64,000 nucleotides of DNA from Candidatus Parcubacteria bacterium (GCA_019661945.1 JAIFWI010000001.1:6342-70341); one strand, 5' to 3'. Counted from the first letter of the stretch, positions 9,479-18,376 are shown. Notes: generated from the sequence alone by a model not told the origin. Translations and numbers: made by a program.

Positions 9479-9546
9479 CAAAAATTGCAAGGTCCTCGGG
9501 TCTCCTGCCTTCGGCAGGCCAGACCATTGCAATTTTTGCTAGGCCG
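9472..9546. repeat. REP-like palindromic element copy 1: conserved 38-nt GC hairpin core (aggtcctcgggtctcctgccttcggcaggccagaccat) centred in a perfect AT-rich palindrome (ctagcaaaaattgca / tgcaatttttgctag); probable bidirectional terminator
   Basis: Core contains cctgc-C(UUCG)G-gcagg tetraloop hairpin extended by ggtct/agacc; flanked by A-run and T-run; second near-identical core at 29077-29114 with different palindromic flanks. Confidence 0.55.
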
Positions 9547-9610
9547 CTTCGCTTGTAACAGATTCAACATTTAACCGTCTAAAATTCTGTTATTCATTAA
9601 ATGACGTGTT

Positions 9611-10132
9611 ATGAAATATGGATTTACCTGCAGCGCTTTCGACCTCTGCCACGCTGGGCATATGCTCCTATTTAAAGAAGCAAAACGAAATTGTGACTAT
9701 CTAATAGTAGGACTTCAAGAAGATCAGTCGGTTGATAATCATATTAATATGCAATACAGAGGTAAGCTCAAACCTCAGCCGATTATGTCATTGGCAGAGC
9801 GCAAAACTATTCTTGAAGGCATAAAATATATAGATGAAATTTTTGTCTATCGTGATGAAAAAGATTTGTATAAAAATATTCAGAGACTAGCCAAAGAGGG
9901 GAAGTATCAGATTAGATTTATTGGTGATGATTACAAAGGTAGACATTATACCGGTGATGATATTGCCCATGAAATTTACTATGTTAGCCGCGATCACGGC
10001 TATTCAACCTCAGCATTACGTCAGCGCGTATACGAAGCCGAAAAGGCTCGCCTCGAATCTGAAGCGCCTCAAGAATCAAAGCAAAAAGCTCCAGTACCAC
10101 CACTTGGCTCTCTTAAAATCGCTAATGCCTAA
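9611..10132 (+). CDS. Cytidylyltransferase-like nucleotidyltransferase (TagD / RfaE domain II family)
   Basis: GFTCSAFDLCHAGHMLLFKEAK = (T/H)xGH nucleotidyltransferase motif; 173 aa with charged C-tail. Confidence 0.7.
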   Translation: MKYGFTCSAFDLCHAGHMLLFKEAKRNCDYLIVGLQEDQSVDNHINMQYRGKLKPQPIMSLAERKTILEGIKYIDEIFVYRDEKDLYKNIQRLAKEGKYQIRFIGDDYKGRHYTGDDIAHEIYYVSRDHGYSTSALRQRVYEAEKARLESEAPQESKQKAPVPPLGSLKIANA

Positions 10133-11010
10133 ACGAGGGCTTTTAACTTCTTAATAAATTCTTTTACTTCCTCGAGATTTTTGCCGCCGGCAGCTAGGCG
10201 GACGAGGGGTTCGGTATTAGATGGTCTCATATTAACCCAGATGTGTCCCATATCGAGGGTGATACCTTCAATGGTTTCTATTTTAGCTTTGTGACCTTCG
10301 GCTAATTCTCTAACTTTAGGCTCAAAATCTTTCCAGGTTTTGTCGCCAAGTTTAATATCATCATTTTCAATATATTGTTCCGGCAGGCTTTTCATGAAAT
10401 CTGAAAGGGAAGCGGCTAGGGTTGAAACAATATTGGCCATAACGATCATTGAGAAGATACCAGAATCACTGCCGAAAAAATCAGAATAATAATAGTGGCC
10501 GGAAAATTCTCCAGCTGCATTAGCTTTGTGTTCTATAATTTTCTCTTTTATATAACGTGTGCCAATTTTTGAACGGATAAGATCTTTTTCAGGGAATACT
10601 TTGATGTATTCGAGGGATTTATAAACCCATTCATCTGCCACATACGGTGGTTTGAAATGCTTGAACAGCAACACACAAACCATAAATGAAGGCATGAGTT
10701 CTCCCAACTCATCAACAAAAAATGCCCGGTCACCATCAGCGTCATATGCTACACCAAAGTCAGCTCGCTGCCTTATAACTTCAGCACTGAGTCCAGTCAG
10801 AGCACCATGAATGAGCGGATTTGGTCCATGAGCAGGGAATTCAGGATCAGGTGTGTCATTAGTCAGCACAAGCTCAAGGTTCGGAATATCTCTCAACTCA
10901 TTGAGGACTAGGCTTGTCGTACCATTAGAACAATCACAAATAACTTTTAAGTTTTTCTTCAGGGTCAGATGATTTTTCAGAAAATCAGCGTAGAGCGTAA
11001 AATAATTCAT
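10129..11010 (-). CDS. Phosphoglucomutase/phosphomannomutase, C-terminal part (domains II-IV)
   Basis: AYDADGDR (Mg2+ loop), GEFSGH (sugar-binding loop), RPSNTEP (phosphate-binding loop); ATG overlaps stop of upstream N-terminal ORF by ATGA. Confidence 0.75.
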   Translation of the reverse strand: MNYFTLYADFLKNHLTLKKNLKVICDCSNGTTSLVLNELRDIPNLELVLTNDTPDPEFPAHGPNPLIHGALTGLSAEVIRQRADFGVAYDADGDRAFFVDELGELMPSFMVCVLLFKHFKPPYVADEWVYKSLEYIKVFPEKDLIRSKIGTRYIKEKIIEHKANAAGEFSGHYYYSDFFGSDSGIFSMIVMANIVSTLAASLSDFMKSLPEQYIENDDIKLGDKTWKDFEPKVRELAEGHKAKIETIEGITLDMGHIWVNMRPSNTEPLVRLAAGGKNLEEVKEFIKKLKALV

Positions 11011-11414
11011 GATAATTTTTTGATAGTCTGTAATACCTCAGTGCCTGGCACCATAACTGCTCCTTGGTGAACAACTTTGATCCCATTATATTCTTTGGGA
11101 TTGTGTGAGGCTGTGACCATACATCCACCGCTGGCCTTATAATTATTTACTAAAAAATAAAACATTGGAGTAGTAGACAAGCCGATTATTCGGGTGCTGA
11201 TTGCCTTTCCGAGCTTTTGAGCTTCGCTTGAAATACTTTGCTCCAATATATTCATGAGTTCGGTTGAACCATGACGAATGTCATGAGCCAAGATGATTTC
11301 GCCCTTATCGAACATATGGGCGCAAGCTCGGCCGATCAGAGCGGCTATTTCCTCATTAACCTCAGTCGGATATATACCACGAATGTCATAGGCTTTGAAT
11401 ATGCTTGTATTCAT
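11007..11414 (-). CDS. Phosphoglucomutase/phosphomannomutase, N-terminal part (domain I with active-site Ser)
   Basis: FKAYDIRGIYPTEVN and TASHNP active-site motif; ends exactly where the domain II-IV ORF begins (+1 frame). Confidence 0.75.
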   Translation of the reverse strand: MNTSIFKAYDIRGIYPTEVNEEIAALIGRACAHMFDKGEIILAHDIRHGSTELMNILEQSISSEAQKLGKAISTRIIGLSTTPMFYFLVNNYKASGGCMVTASHNPKEYNGIKVVHQGAVMVPGTEVLQTIKKLS

Positions 11415-11437
11415 AAAAGTATTGTATACTAGAAGTT

Positions 11438-11860
11438 ATGAATATGGAAAATTTTCGATCGACAGAATCTGTCGAAGGTTTTAAAAATAAAGAAAAGAGT
11501 GTATTAGGTGAGTATGTTACAAGATATGGTCTTCGAGCTATGGGCGGAGTCCTAGCTTTAATGGCTGGTGGATGCTCAGCCGAACAATTACATGATGCTC
11601 GAGCAGAATTGGATCGAATGAATCACAATGCGCGAGTTGATAATGCTCCAGTTTACAAGGGCTATGAGCACAGAATAAATGCAGAAGGCGCAATCGGTAC
11701 GCATGGTGCTCGGGTTGAAGTGCGCGAAACAGAAACTCATTATGGCTTGAATCATCCCGACCGCCACCATAAAGAAAATCACCGAGATCGAGGACATAAC
11801 AGACCAAGTGACGATCCAAGTAGACGCCAGAATCCTGATAGACGCTCTAACGAAAAATAA
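11438..11860 (+). CDS. Hypothetical protein, possible lipoprotein, His/Arg-rich C-terminus
   Basis: LALMAGGC lipobox-like; C-terminal HPDRHHKENHRDRGHNRPSDD low complexity. Confidence 0.4.
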   Translation: MNMENFRSTESVEGFKNKEKSVLGEYVTRYGLRAMGGVLALMAGGCSAEQLHDARAELDRMNHNARVDNAPVYKGYEHRINAEGAIGTHGARVEVRETETHYGLNHPDRHHKENHRDRGHNRPSDDPSRRQNPDRRSNEK

Positions 11861-11865
11861 GCATT

Positions 11866-12141
11866 ATGACAAATTACGAACGCATAAAAGCGAAGGTGCA
11901 GGATTCTTCGATTGAGCAAAATGATAAACAGATTATCTTAGACTTTTTTGCCGAAGTTTCAGACGAAAACTTAGTAGAAATTGCCGATTTGTTTGAACAA
12001 AAGCCGGAATGGGTAAAAATCTTTAATGATAATCGTAAGGCCAAGTTGAAGGCATTTGCTTCCGGCGACGAATCTGAACTTAACGAAATTCTTGAACAAG
12101 AAAAAAAGTACTTGAATGAATTGACGTATGGGTTAGACTAG
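11866..12141 (+). CDS. Hypothetical protein (91 aa)
   Basis: ORF 5 nt after previous stop, acidic; no family recognised. Confidence 0.35.
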   Translation: MTNYERIKAKVQDSSIEQNDKQIILDFFAEVSDENLVEIADLFEQKPEWVKIFNDNRKAKLKAFASGDESELNEILEQEKKYLNELTYGLD

Positions 12142-12145
12142 AGAT

Positions 12146-12763
12146 ATGAGTAGACTTCTGGTTATTGTTTTGGTTCCCATTCTTGTTGGTCTCGGTTTCT
12201 ATTTTTATACCCGAGAAGATCCGTCACAAATAAAAAATTATCCCGGCCAGGGCAAAACCATTGTTGCTTTTGGTGATAGTTTGGTGGCCGGAACCGGCGC
12301 AACATACCATAAGGAGTTTGTATCACTTCTTTCCGAAAAACTTCGCATACCTATCATTAATGAAGGGGTTATCGGTAACACTACTCGTGATGGTTTGGCT
12401 CGTATCGATGATGTCTTGAAGCACGATCCTAAACTGGTCATTATACTTCTTGGTGGTAATGATGTCCTCAGAAAAATTTCCAAAGAAGAAACATTTCAAA
12501 ATTTAGAAAAAATAGTTCAAAAAGTTCAGGATTCCGGTTCAATGGTTTTACTTATTGGTATTCAGGGCGGAGTACTGCGTGATCCCTATAAAGAAGAATT
12601 TGAAGCGCTGTCGGAAAAATACCAGACAGCCTATGTTGAAAGTGTCCTGAATGGCATGATTGGTAAACCTGAATATATGTTTGATGCTATTCATCCTAAT
12701 GATGTTGGCTATGCCAAAATTGCCGATAGACTCTATCCGATAGTGATCAGGATGCTTTTTTAA
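12146..12763 (+). CDS. SGNH/GDSL-family hydrolase (lipase/esterase)
   Basis: N-term TM; GDSLVAG (block I GDSL), GGNDV (block III), DAIHPND (catalytic DxxH block V). Confidence 0.75.
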   Translation: MSRLLVIVLVPILVGLGFYFYTREDPSQIKNYPGQGKTIVAFGDSLVAGTGATYHKEFVSLLSEKLRIPIINEGVIGNTTRDGLARIDDVLKHDPKLVIILLGGNDVLRKISKEETFQNLEKIVQKVQDSGSMVLLIGIQGGVLRDPYKEEFEALSEKYQTAYVESVLNGMIGKPEYMFDAIHPNDVGYAKIADRLYPIVIRMLF

Positions 12764-12820
12764 TATGTAAGGAGGCCAGGGCTCAAGCGTCTCATATGCT
12801 TTCCGACGGGTTGATACGAT

Positions 12821-13291
12821 GTGACGCATATGAGATCGCTTAAAATATCATTATTGGTCTGTATTACTCTTTCTGCCGCAGCAATACCAATACGGCTACG
12901 AGACACTGAAGCGGCACTTGTAAAAGGCGACTCAGAAAAGCGGTATATGAGCTATCTCGAAGCACCTGCCTCACCGGTTTCATATGCTGAATATTCTCAG
13001 GAATTCAAACCCAACGTTAAAACCATTTCATTACGTTCATTAAATAAACCTCTGGCATACATTCTCCAAAAAATAGCCGATTGTGAATCAGGCAATAATC
13101 CTCAAGCCAAAAATCCACATAGTTCAGCTAAGGGACTTTTACAAATTATTGACGGTACCTGGAAGAGTTTCCAATGTGAAGGCTCTGCTTTGAATCGCGA
13201 CGATAATTTTCAGTGCGGTATGAAAATTGCCACCCTTTCGGGCCTTCATCATTGGAATGCTTCTCGAACATGCTGGAATACGTCTTTATAG
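12821..13291 (+). CDS. Secreted Rpf/transglycosylase-like protein
   Basis: Signal peptide; IADCESGNNPQAKNPHSSAKGLLQIIDGTW matches CESGGNW...GLFQF..TW pattern of Rpf/SLT-like domains; C-terminal ...CWN like the 7008 paralog. Confidence 0.55.
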   Translation: MTHMRSLKISLLVCITLSAAAIPIRLRDTEAALVKGDSEKRYMSYLEAPASPVSYAEYSQEFKPNVKTISLRSLNKPLAYILQKIADCESGNNPQAKNPHSSAKGLLQIIDGTWKSFQCEGSALNRDDNFQCGMKIATLSGLHHWNASRTCWNTSL

Positions 13292-13295
13292 GCCC

Positions 13296-13330
13296 TTTTA
13301 TAGCAAGCAAGCCTACGGTATAATGGTGTT
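13296..13330 (+). promoter_or_regulatory. Putative sigma70-type promoter (TTTTAT-17-TATAAT) for the ECF sigma operon
   Basis: cttttatagcaagcaagcctacggtataat; 17-nt spacer; about 55 nt upstream of sigE-like ATG. Confidence 0.25.
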
Positions 13331-13385
13331 ACCATATGACAGGCAAGTTCGTAGTATATAGTAGCGCCTGTGTAGGTATACACAG

Positions 13386-13955
13386 ATGCAATATAACGAG
13401 AAAGAACTAATTGAAATGAGCCAACGTGGCAATAGTGAGGCTTTTGGCCGAATCTATGACCGTCACGTTAAGACTATATACGATTTCATCTTCTATAAGA
13501 CCCGCCACAGAGAAACGGCGGAGGACATCACCAGCCAGACATTTTTTAAGGCATTAAAAAATATCAGCTCGGTTGATGCCGATCGTTCAATACTTTCTTG
13601 GCTGTACAAAATTGCCCACAATAGTGTTCTCGACCACTATAGGACAACCCGTCACCAAGATGATATCGACGATTGCTATGATTTGTCAGATGATACCGAT
13701 GTGGTCGGTGAGCTCGATAATGCCGAGGAGGTTGAGCGGGTGAAGAAGTATCTTCATGCGCTCACGCCTCTTGAGCGGGACATTGTTATTATGCGAGTGT
13801 GGCAGGAACTTTCCTACAAGGAAATTGCAGATATTATCGGTAAGACTGAAGCCAATTCGAAAATGATTTTTTCCCGGACGCTCAAAAAGCTGCGCACGCT
13901 GATGCCTCTGGCCATGATGTTGTTATATATTTTTCATACATACTATGGAGCCTAA
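13386..13955 (+). CDS. ECF-type RNA polymerase sigma factor (sigma-70 regions 2 and 4)
   Basis: Region 2 FGRIYDRHVKTIYDFIFYKTRHRETAEDITSQTFFKAL; region 4 LTPLERDIVIMRVWQELSYKEIADIIGKTEANSKM. Confidence 0.85.
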   Translation: MQYNEKELIEMSQRGNSEAFGRIYDRHVKTIYDFIFYKTRHRETAEDITSQTFFKALKNISSVDADRSILSWLYKIAHNSVLDHYRTTRHQDDIDDCYDLSDDTDVVGELDNAEEVERVKKYLHALTPLERDIVIMRVWQELSYKEIADIIGKTEANSKMIFSRTLKKLRTLMPLAMMLLYIFHTYYGA

Positions 13956-15306
13956 TCTTCCTGAAAATTTTAAAGATATCGAAAAATTCTTACGTGAAGC
14001 TAAACCTGACACACATTTTAGTCCGGTTTTTGCTGCGCGCCTTCGAGATGAATTGGTAGTTAAAAAATCCTCATGGCTTTCGCCCTATGTTTCATTATTC
14101 GGAACTGGTTCATTTCAGGCCAGTTTAGCCGGAGCATTGGTAGCAATTATTTTTATTACACCGTTGACCTATTTAGCAACACGAGAACTATATGTCGGTA
14201 GTGATGCTGAAACCTATGTAAAAAATATTACCTCAGGTCTAAGTCTCAAGCAGCAAGTTAACAGCAAGGGTATGAATGCATTCGGTAAAATTTCATATAT
14301 TCAGCCTTCTGGCGAATCGACTCCGGCTATGAGTGCTGCTCCAACTTTAAATGCACAAGCAGCACCTGATCCTGCTGCACGTTCATTTGGTAAGGGAGGC
14401 GCTGCAACAAGCATGGTAGTTGATTATTCTTATACTGGTGATGATCTTAAGCTTGATACTGAAGAGGGTAAAGTATTTATGCGTGTTAAAAATACTGAGG
14501 CCGGCAAACAACTTGCAGAATTTATTAAAAAATCAAATTTCGGTTTAGTTGATATGCCGTCATTCTCATCGGTTGGACTTCAGAATATTCAGCTTTTTGA
14601 GGATAAGCCATTTGGGTATTCAATTAATGTAAACTTTGACGAAGGTAATATTTATATTGCTCCTGATTATCGAAAATGGGATGTATCACAAGAACGTGCA
14701 CCACTTTCTGCCTCACAACTGCCGGCAGATACAGATATCATTACTATTGCTGCTGATTTTATAAAACAGCATGGCATTGATGTTTCAACCTATGGCAAAC
14801 CAATTATTGAAAACAAAACAAATGAAGGTAATGTTATTAATGTAACCTATCCGCTTATTCTTGAGGATATGGATGTCTATGATGAAAGCGGCAATGCCTA
14901 TGGTCTTCATGTAGGTGTTGATCTTCTGCTCAAGCGTGTTGTTAGTGTCAGCGATTTAACATCTCAGGTATATGAAAGCTCAAATTATCCGCTTGAGACT
15001 AATGCTAAAAAAGTAATTTCTGCCGCAACAGGGGACTCAAAATCTGGTACGACTACAGAAACACTTGAATTAAAAACTCCAAAACGAGTGTTGATGCGTC
15101 ACTTTATATACTCAAATAAAGGAGTTGCAACAGAGCTTTATGTACCAGCATTACTCTTCCCCATAGAGCAGAAGAAGGGCATTGTGCAGTATCAAAAGAA
15201 CGTTGTAGTGCCTCTTATTAAAGATGCTTTAGCAAAAATGATCCAAGATACTGAAGTTCACGTTCTTGGTACAACTACATCAGCCGTCAATAATACCGAT
15301 TTGTAA
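13945..15306 (+). CDS. Putative anti-sigma factor (single-pass membrane protein with large extracytoplasmic domain)
   Basis: Start overlaps sigma gene end by 11 nt; about 50-aa cytoplasmic N-domain, one TM (ALVAIIFITPLTYL), 380-aa outside domain; position and topology typical of ECF anti-sigma. Confidence 0.5.
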   Translation: MEPNLPENFKDIEKFLREAKPDTHFSPVFAARLRDELVVKKSSWLSPYVSLFGTGSFQASLAGALVAIIFITPLTYLATRELYVGSDAETYVKNITSGLSLKQQVNSKGMNAFGKISYIQPSGESTPAMSAAPTLNAQAAPDPAARSFGKGGAATSMVVDYSYTGDDLKLDTEEGKVFMRVKNTEAGKQLAEFIKKSNFGLVDMPSFSSVGLQNIQLFEDKPFGYSINVNFDEGNIYIAPDYRKWDVSQERAPLSASQLPADTDIITIAADFIKQHGIDVSTYGKPIIENKTNEGNVINVTYPLILEDMDVYDESGNAYGLHVGVDLLLKRVVSVSDLTSQVYESSNYPLETNAKKVISAATGDSKSGTTTETLELKTPKRVLMRHFIYSNKGVATELYVPALLFPIEQKKGIVQYQKNVVVPLIKDALAKMIQDTEVHVLGTTTSAVNNTDL

Positions 15307-15347
15307 AGATGAAATAGGAAGCGGTCTGTAGTATACTAGCCGTATCA

Positions 15348-15944
15348 ATGAACAGGTTAGTTTACGGCGGTATCGGTATACTTCTATTGGCAGTTGGTAT
15401 CGGTCCTATACATTTAGTTGAAATTCAGGAGAAGGCTACTCTAAGCCACTCTGTCGCTATTTCAAAAGTCTCAGCTCAAGTTACAAAACCTCTACAACCC
15501 GCAGAGCCAAAGCGGCTTATTATTCCTGTACTTAACGTTAATGCCCCTATCCAATCTATGGGTCTTGATGAGGGCAAAATGGCCGTACCAAATAATTTTA
15601 GCGATATAGGCTGGTATAAGTACGGAACAATTCCGGGGAATAAGGGTAGTGCTGTAATGGGCGCTCATGTTGATAATGGTGGAAGTGTTCGAGGAGTATT
15701 TAAGTATCTCAAGGATGTAGCCCCTGGAGATGACATATATGTTACTGATACAGAAGGCACGACACGTCATTTTCGAGTTAGTGATCGAAAAGTATATCCC
15801 TATCAAACAAAAATCACGGATGAGGTTTTTTTACAGAATGATAAGGTTAGGCTTAATCTCATAACGTGTCACGGAAAATTTTTACCTAAGGAAAATACCT
15901 ATAATCAACGCCTTGTTGTCTTCGCAGAATTAGTGACGAGTTAA
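15348..15944 (+). CDS. Sortase (class E/F-like transpeptidase)
   Basis: N-term TM; catalytic His (GAHVD), LITC active-site Cys (NLITCHG), conserved Arg region downstream. Confidence 0.8.
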   Translation: MNRLVYGGIGILLLAVGIGPIHLVEIQEKATLSHSVAISKVSAQVTKPLQPAEPKRLIIPVLNVNAPIQSMGLDEGKMAVPNNFSDIGWYKYGTIPGNKGSAVMGAHVDNGGSVRGVFKYLKDVAPGDDIYVTDTEGTTRHFRVSDRKVYPYQTKITDEVFLQNDKVRLNLITCHGKFLPKENTYNQRLVVFAELVTS

Positions 15945-16012
15945 AAATATTAATGGTAGCTTAATGCTGAAGCCGTATAATTGAACTATTAATAGTTCAA
16001 TCAACAATCAAC

Positions 16013-16684
16013 ATGAGTTATTATCAAACTATTTTTCAAAATCGTACTGAAGCCGGATCCTATCTCGCCGAATATTTATTTTCATATAAAGATAAAAAAC
16101 CCTTGATACTCGGCATAGCACCTGAGGGTGTGCCGGTAGCCTCAAAAGCTGCAGAGATTCTTGAATCTCCGCTTGATGTTATTGTTGCGCGGACACTATT
16201 TGCTCCAGGTAATAAACATATAGTCTTAGGAGCAATTGCGGCAGGGGATGTAGTTGTTGTTGATCGATCTATTCAAATCTCACTTGGTCTCAGCGATAAT
16301 GATATGAATAAACTTATTGAAAGTGAACGGAAAGAAATGGCTGCGGACATGATTCATTATGGTAGTGGCTCGCATGTTGCTCGGGTATCATCGCCGCATA
16401 CACTTGTCGTGGTTGATGATGGCTTGGCTTCAAGTGTTACTATACGAGCTACCATTGAGGCTGCCAGAATTTTATACAATCCACAGCAACTAGTTTTTGC
16501 TTCACCGATTTGCGCATATGATACCTTGGAATCTATTAAATCAATTGTCGATGACATTGTTGCAGTCAACACTCCTAAGCATGTGTATTCGATAGGGAAT
16601 TGGTACTACGAATATGATCGAGTGTCAGAAAAAGATGTCAAAGAATATCTTAAATCTAAGGCGTCTAAATTTGTCTTTAGTTAG
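16013..16684 (+). CDS. Phosphoribosyltransferase-fold protein (COG1926-like predicted PRTase)
   Basis: FQNRTEAGSYLAEYL N-motif and PRPP-loop LVVVDDGLASSVT. Confidence 0.6.
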   Translation: MSYYQTIFQNRTEAGSYLAEYLFSYKDKKPLILGIAPEGVPVASKAAEILESPLDVIVARTLFAPGNKHIVLGAIAAGDVVVVDRSIQISLGLSDNDMNKLIESERKEMAADMIHYGSGSHVARVSSPHTLVVVDDGLASSVTIRATIEAARILYNPQQLVFASPICAYDTLESIKSIVDDIVAVNTPKHVYSIGNWYYEYDRVSEKDVKEYLKSKASKFVFS

Positions 16685-16750
16685 TTGATAAAAATTAAAA
16701 AAGATGTAATGTTCACTCTGGATATACCGTTCCTTTAACCGGAGGTTGTG

Positions 16751-18283
16751 ATGAAAGCTCTCGATTTAGCGCGGGCTGAAGCCTGCACTCAGTTGGGGGA
16801 TGTCATCTACGTTCCTCACCTGCCGATGACACAAGAGTGTTATCGGTCCTTGAAGCGGGTACGTAGACAGCCGAGCATGCAGACTCTTCTCGGTAATCGA
16901 CCATGGCATGTTGCATTTTCGGAGCTTATCGGGATGTATAGGGAGCACTTTACTGAAACTCAGAGTAACCCTGTCTGGTTCGAGCGGCTCGATCCTGTGC
17001 TCAGGCGTCATTTGAGCAGTTGGTATGGGTTGTTTGGGGATATCTACGAGCCGTTGTCTATAACCCCATGTGTTCCTTTGGCTGGCTTTGGGTTCACCGT
17101 ACTCGAAGAAGGTATTGCCGAAGATGTCGTCAGGTCTCTCGGGCTTTTCCGGCTTGGGGGAATTCGACAGCTTGGCTTTCTCCATACTCCTCGGGTGACG
17201 AGTGATGCCCTTCAGGCCTACATGCCGGTGTATTCTCACACACGATATCTCCATATTATGTGTGTCTATGCCCTAGCAAATCTCATGGCTGAGAACAACC
17301 ACCTAAGCGAGCTTGAAAAGAATACCTTGCTCGTGGCGGCCCTGACCCATGATGCTCGGACTCCTGCGGGAGGAGACAGTACCAAACGTATCAACCACAC
17401 CCTCTTTGATGAAGATGCCAGCTTTGAAGCTGTTTATAAGCTGCCTGGTTGGCCCGGACTTCGAGAGCGGTATGGTTTATGCGAGAAACTGCTGTTTCGA
17501 ACAATTATGGGCGAAGGGAAACTTGGCCGGCTTCTTGATCTTGCGGATAAGGCGGCCTACATTGCCTTCGATACTGCTCGCTTTCTGGATAGTGGGACTC
17601 CCTCAGCAGCTGTGTCGGAGATTCGTACTGTTCTCAATGAAGATTCCCTAGTCTGCGGACTATGGGATGCAGCTAATGTCGAAGGGGAACAGGTCATCAT
17701 CAGTGATCCGGAACGGCTCCACCGGTTTTTGAGGCTTCGAGCAGGAATGTTCAAGGGCCTCTACTACAATCCGGCCAGTCGCTTTCTGGAAGATACGCTG
17801 GCGCGAATGCTCATCAGCTATTTGTTGGAAAAGGGCGTAGTTACTCCCGGCACACTCCTGCAGATGGGTGATGGTCATCTCGAACAACTCATTGATCAAG
17901 TAACCGGCATTCCAGGGCTTATGGCCGGAATTGTAACCCACCAAGCAACCCGGGTTGAAACTTTTCAGACATTGTCTCAAGCTGAAGCACGGGAAGCTGA
18001 ACTCGCCTTAGACCAGGGAATCATGACACACATCGAGTCAATGTTGTGGTTAACCAAGTCAGGCGCTAAAAGTTTCTTAGTACGCGGTAAGAATAAGCAG
18101 GTGGCAACATTTGCTGAAGCTTATCCGGAACAGACAGTGAAAATTGAGGAAGGTTTGAAAGATATTCCGCCGGTGCGGCTGTATGCATTCTCAATCAGGC
18201 ACTCAGGTTTGCCGAACGAGATTGTCAGACGGCTACGGAAGAGGCGTGAAAAACGAATTAAGAATTACAAGCGGAGCCACTAA
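16751..18283 (+). CDS. HD-domain phosphohydrolase, dNTP-triphosphohydrolase (dGTPase/SAMHD1)-like; GC-rich
   Basis: H...HD...D motif order: YSHTRYLHIMCVYA, LVAALTHDARTPAGGD, LLDLADKAAYIAFD; about 57% GC vs ~38% flanks; GGAGG RBS before ATG 16751. Confidence 0.5.
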   Translation: MKALDLARAEACTQLGDVIYVPHLPMTQECYRSLKRVRRQPSMQTLLGNRPWHVAFSELIGMYREHFTETQSNPVWFERLDPVLRRHLSSWYGLFGDIYEPLSITPCVPLAGFGFTVLEEGIAEDVVRSLGLFRLGGIRQLGFLHTPRVTSDALQAYMPVYSHTRYLHIMCVYALANLMAENNHLSELEKNTLLVAALTHDARTPAGGDSTKRINHTLFDEDASFEAVYKLPGWPGLRERYGLCEKLLFRTIMGEGKLGRLLDLADKAAYIAFDTARFLDSGTPSAAVSEIRTVLNEDSLVCGLWDAANVEGEQVIISDPERLHRFLRLRAGMFKGLYYNPASRFLEDTLARMLISYLLEKGVVTPGTLLQMGDGHLEQLIDQVTGIPGLMAGIVTHQATRVETFQTLSQAEAREAELALDQGIMTHIESMLWLTKSGAKSFLVRGKNKQVATFAEAYPEQTVKIEEGLKDIPPVRLYAFSIRHSGLPNEIVRRLRKRREKRIKNYKRSH

Positions 18284-18376
18284 ATGGGGCTGCGCTTTTT
18301 TGTTGAGTTTCTTAAGCTTTTGTTCTATGCTTGAGTCAGGAACTAAACATTCACCTTCGGGTGGAAAGGAATTTCA

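Noticed and set aside
16766-17980. Antisense/alternate-frame ORFs inside the HD-domain gene (16766..17254-, 17349..17651+, 17557..17754-, 17660..17980-)
   Set aside because: GC-rich DNA generates long spurious ORFs; the 511-aa frame carries the HD motifs.
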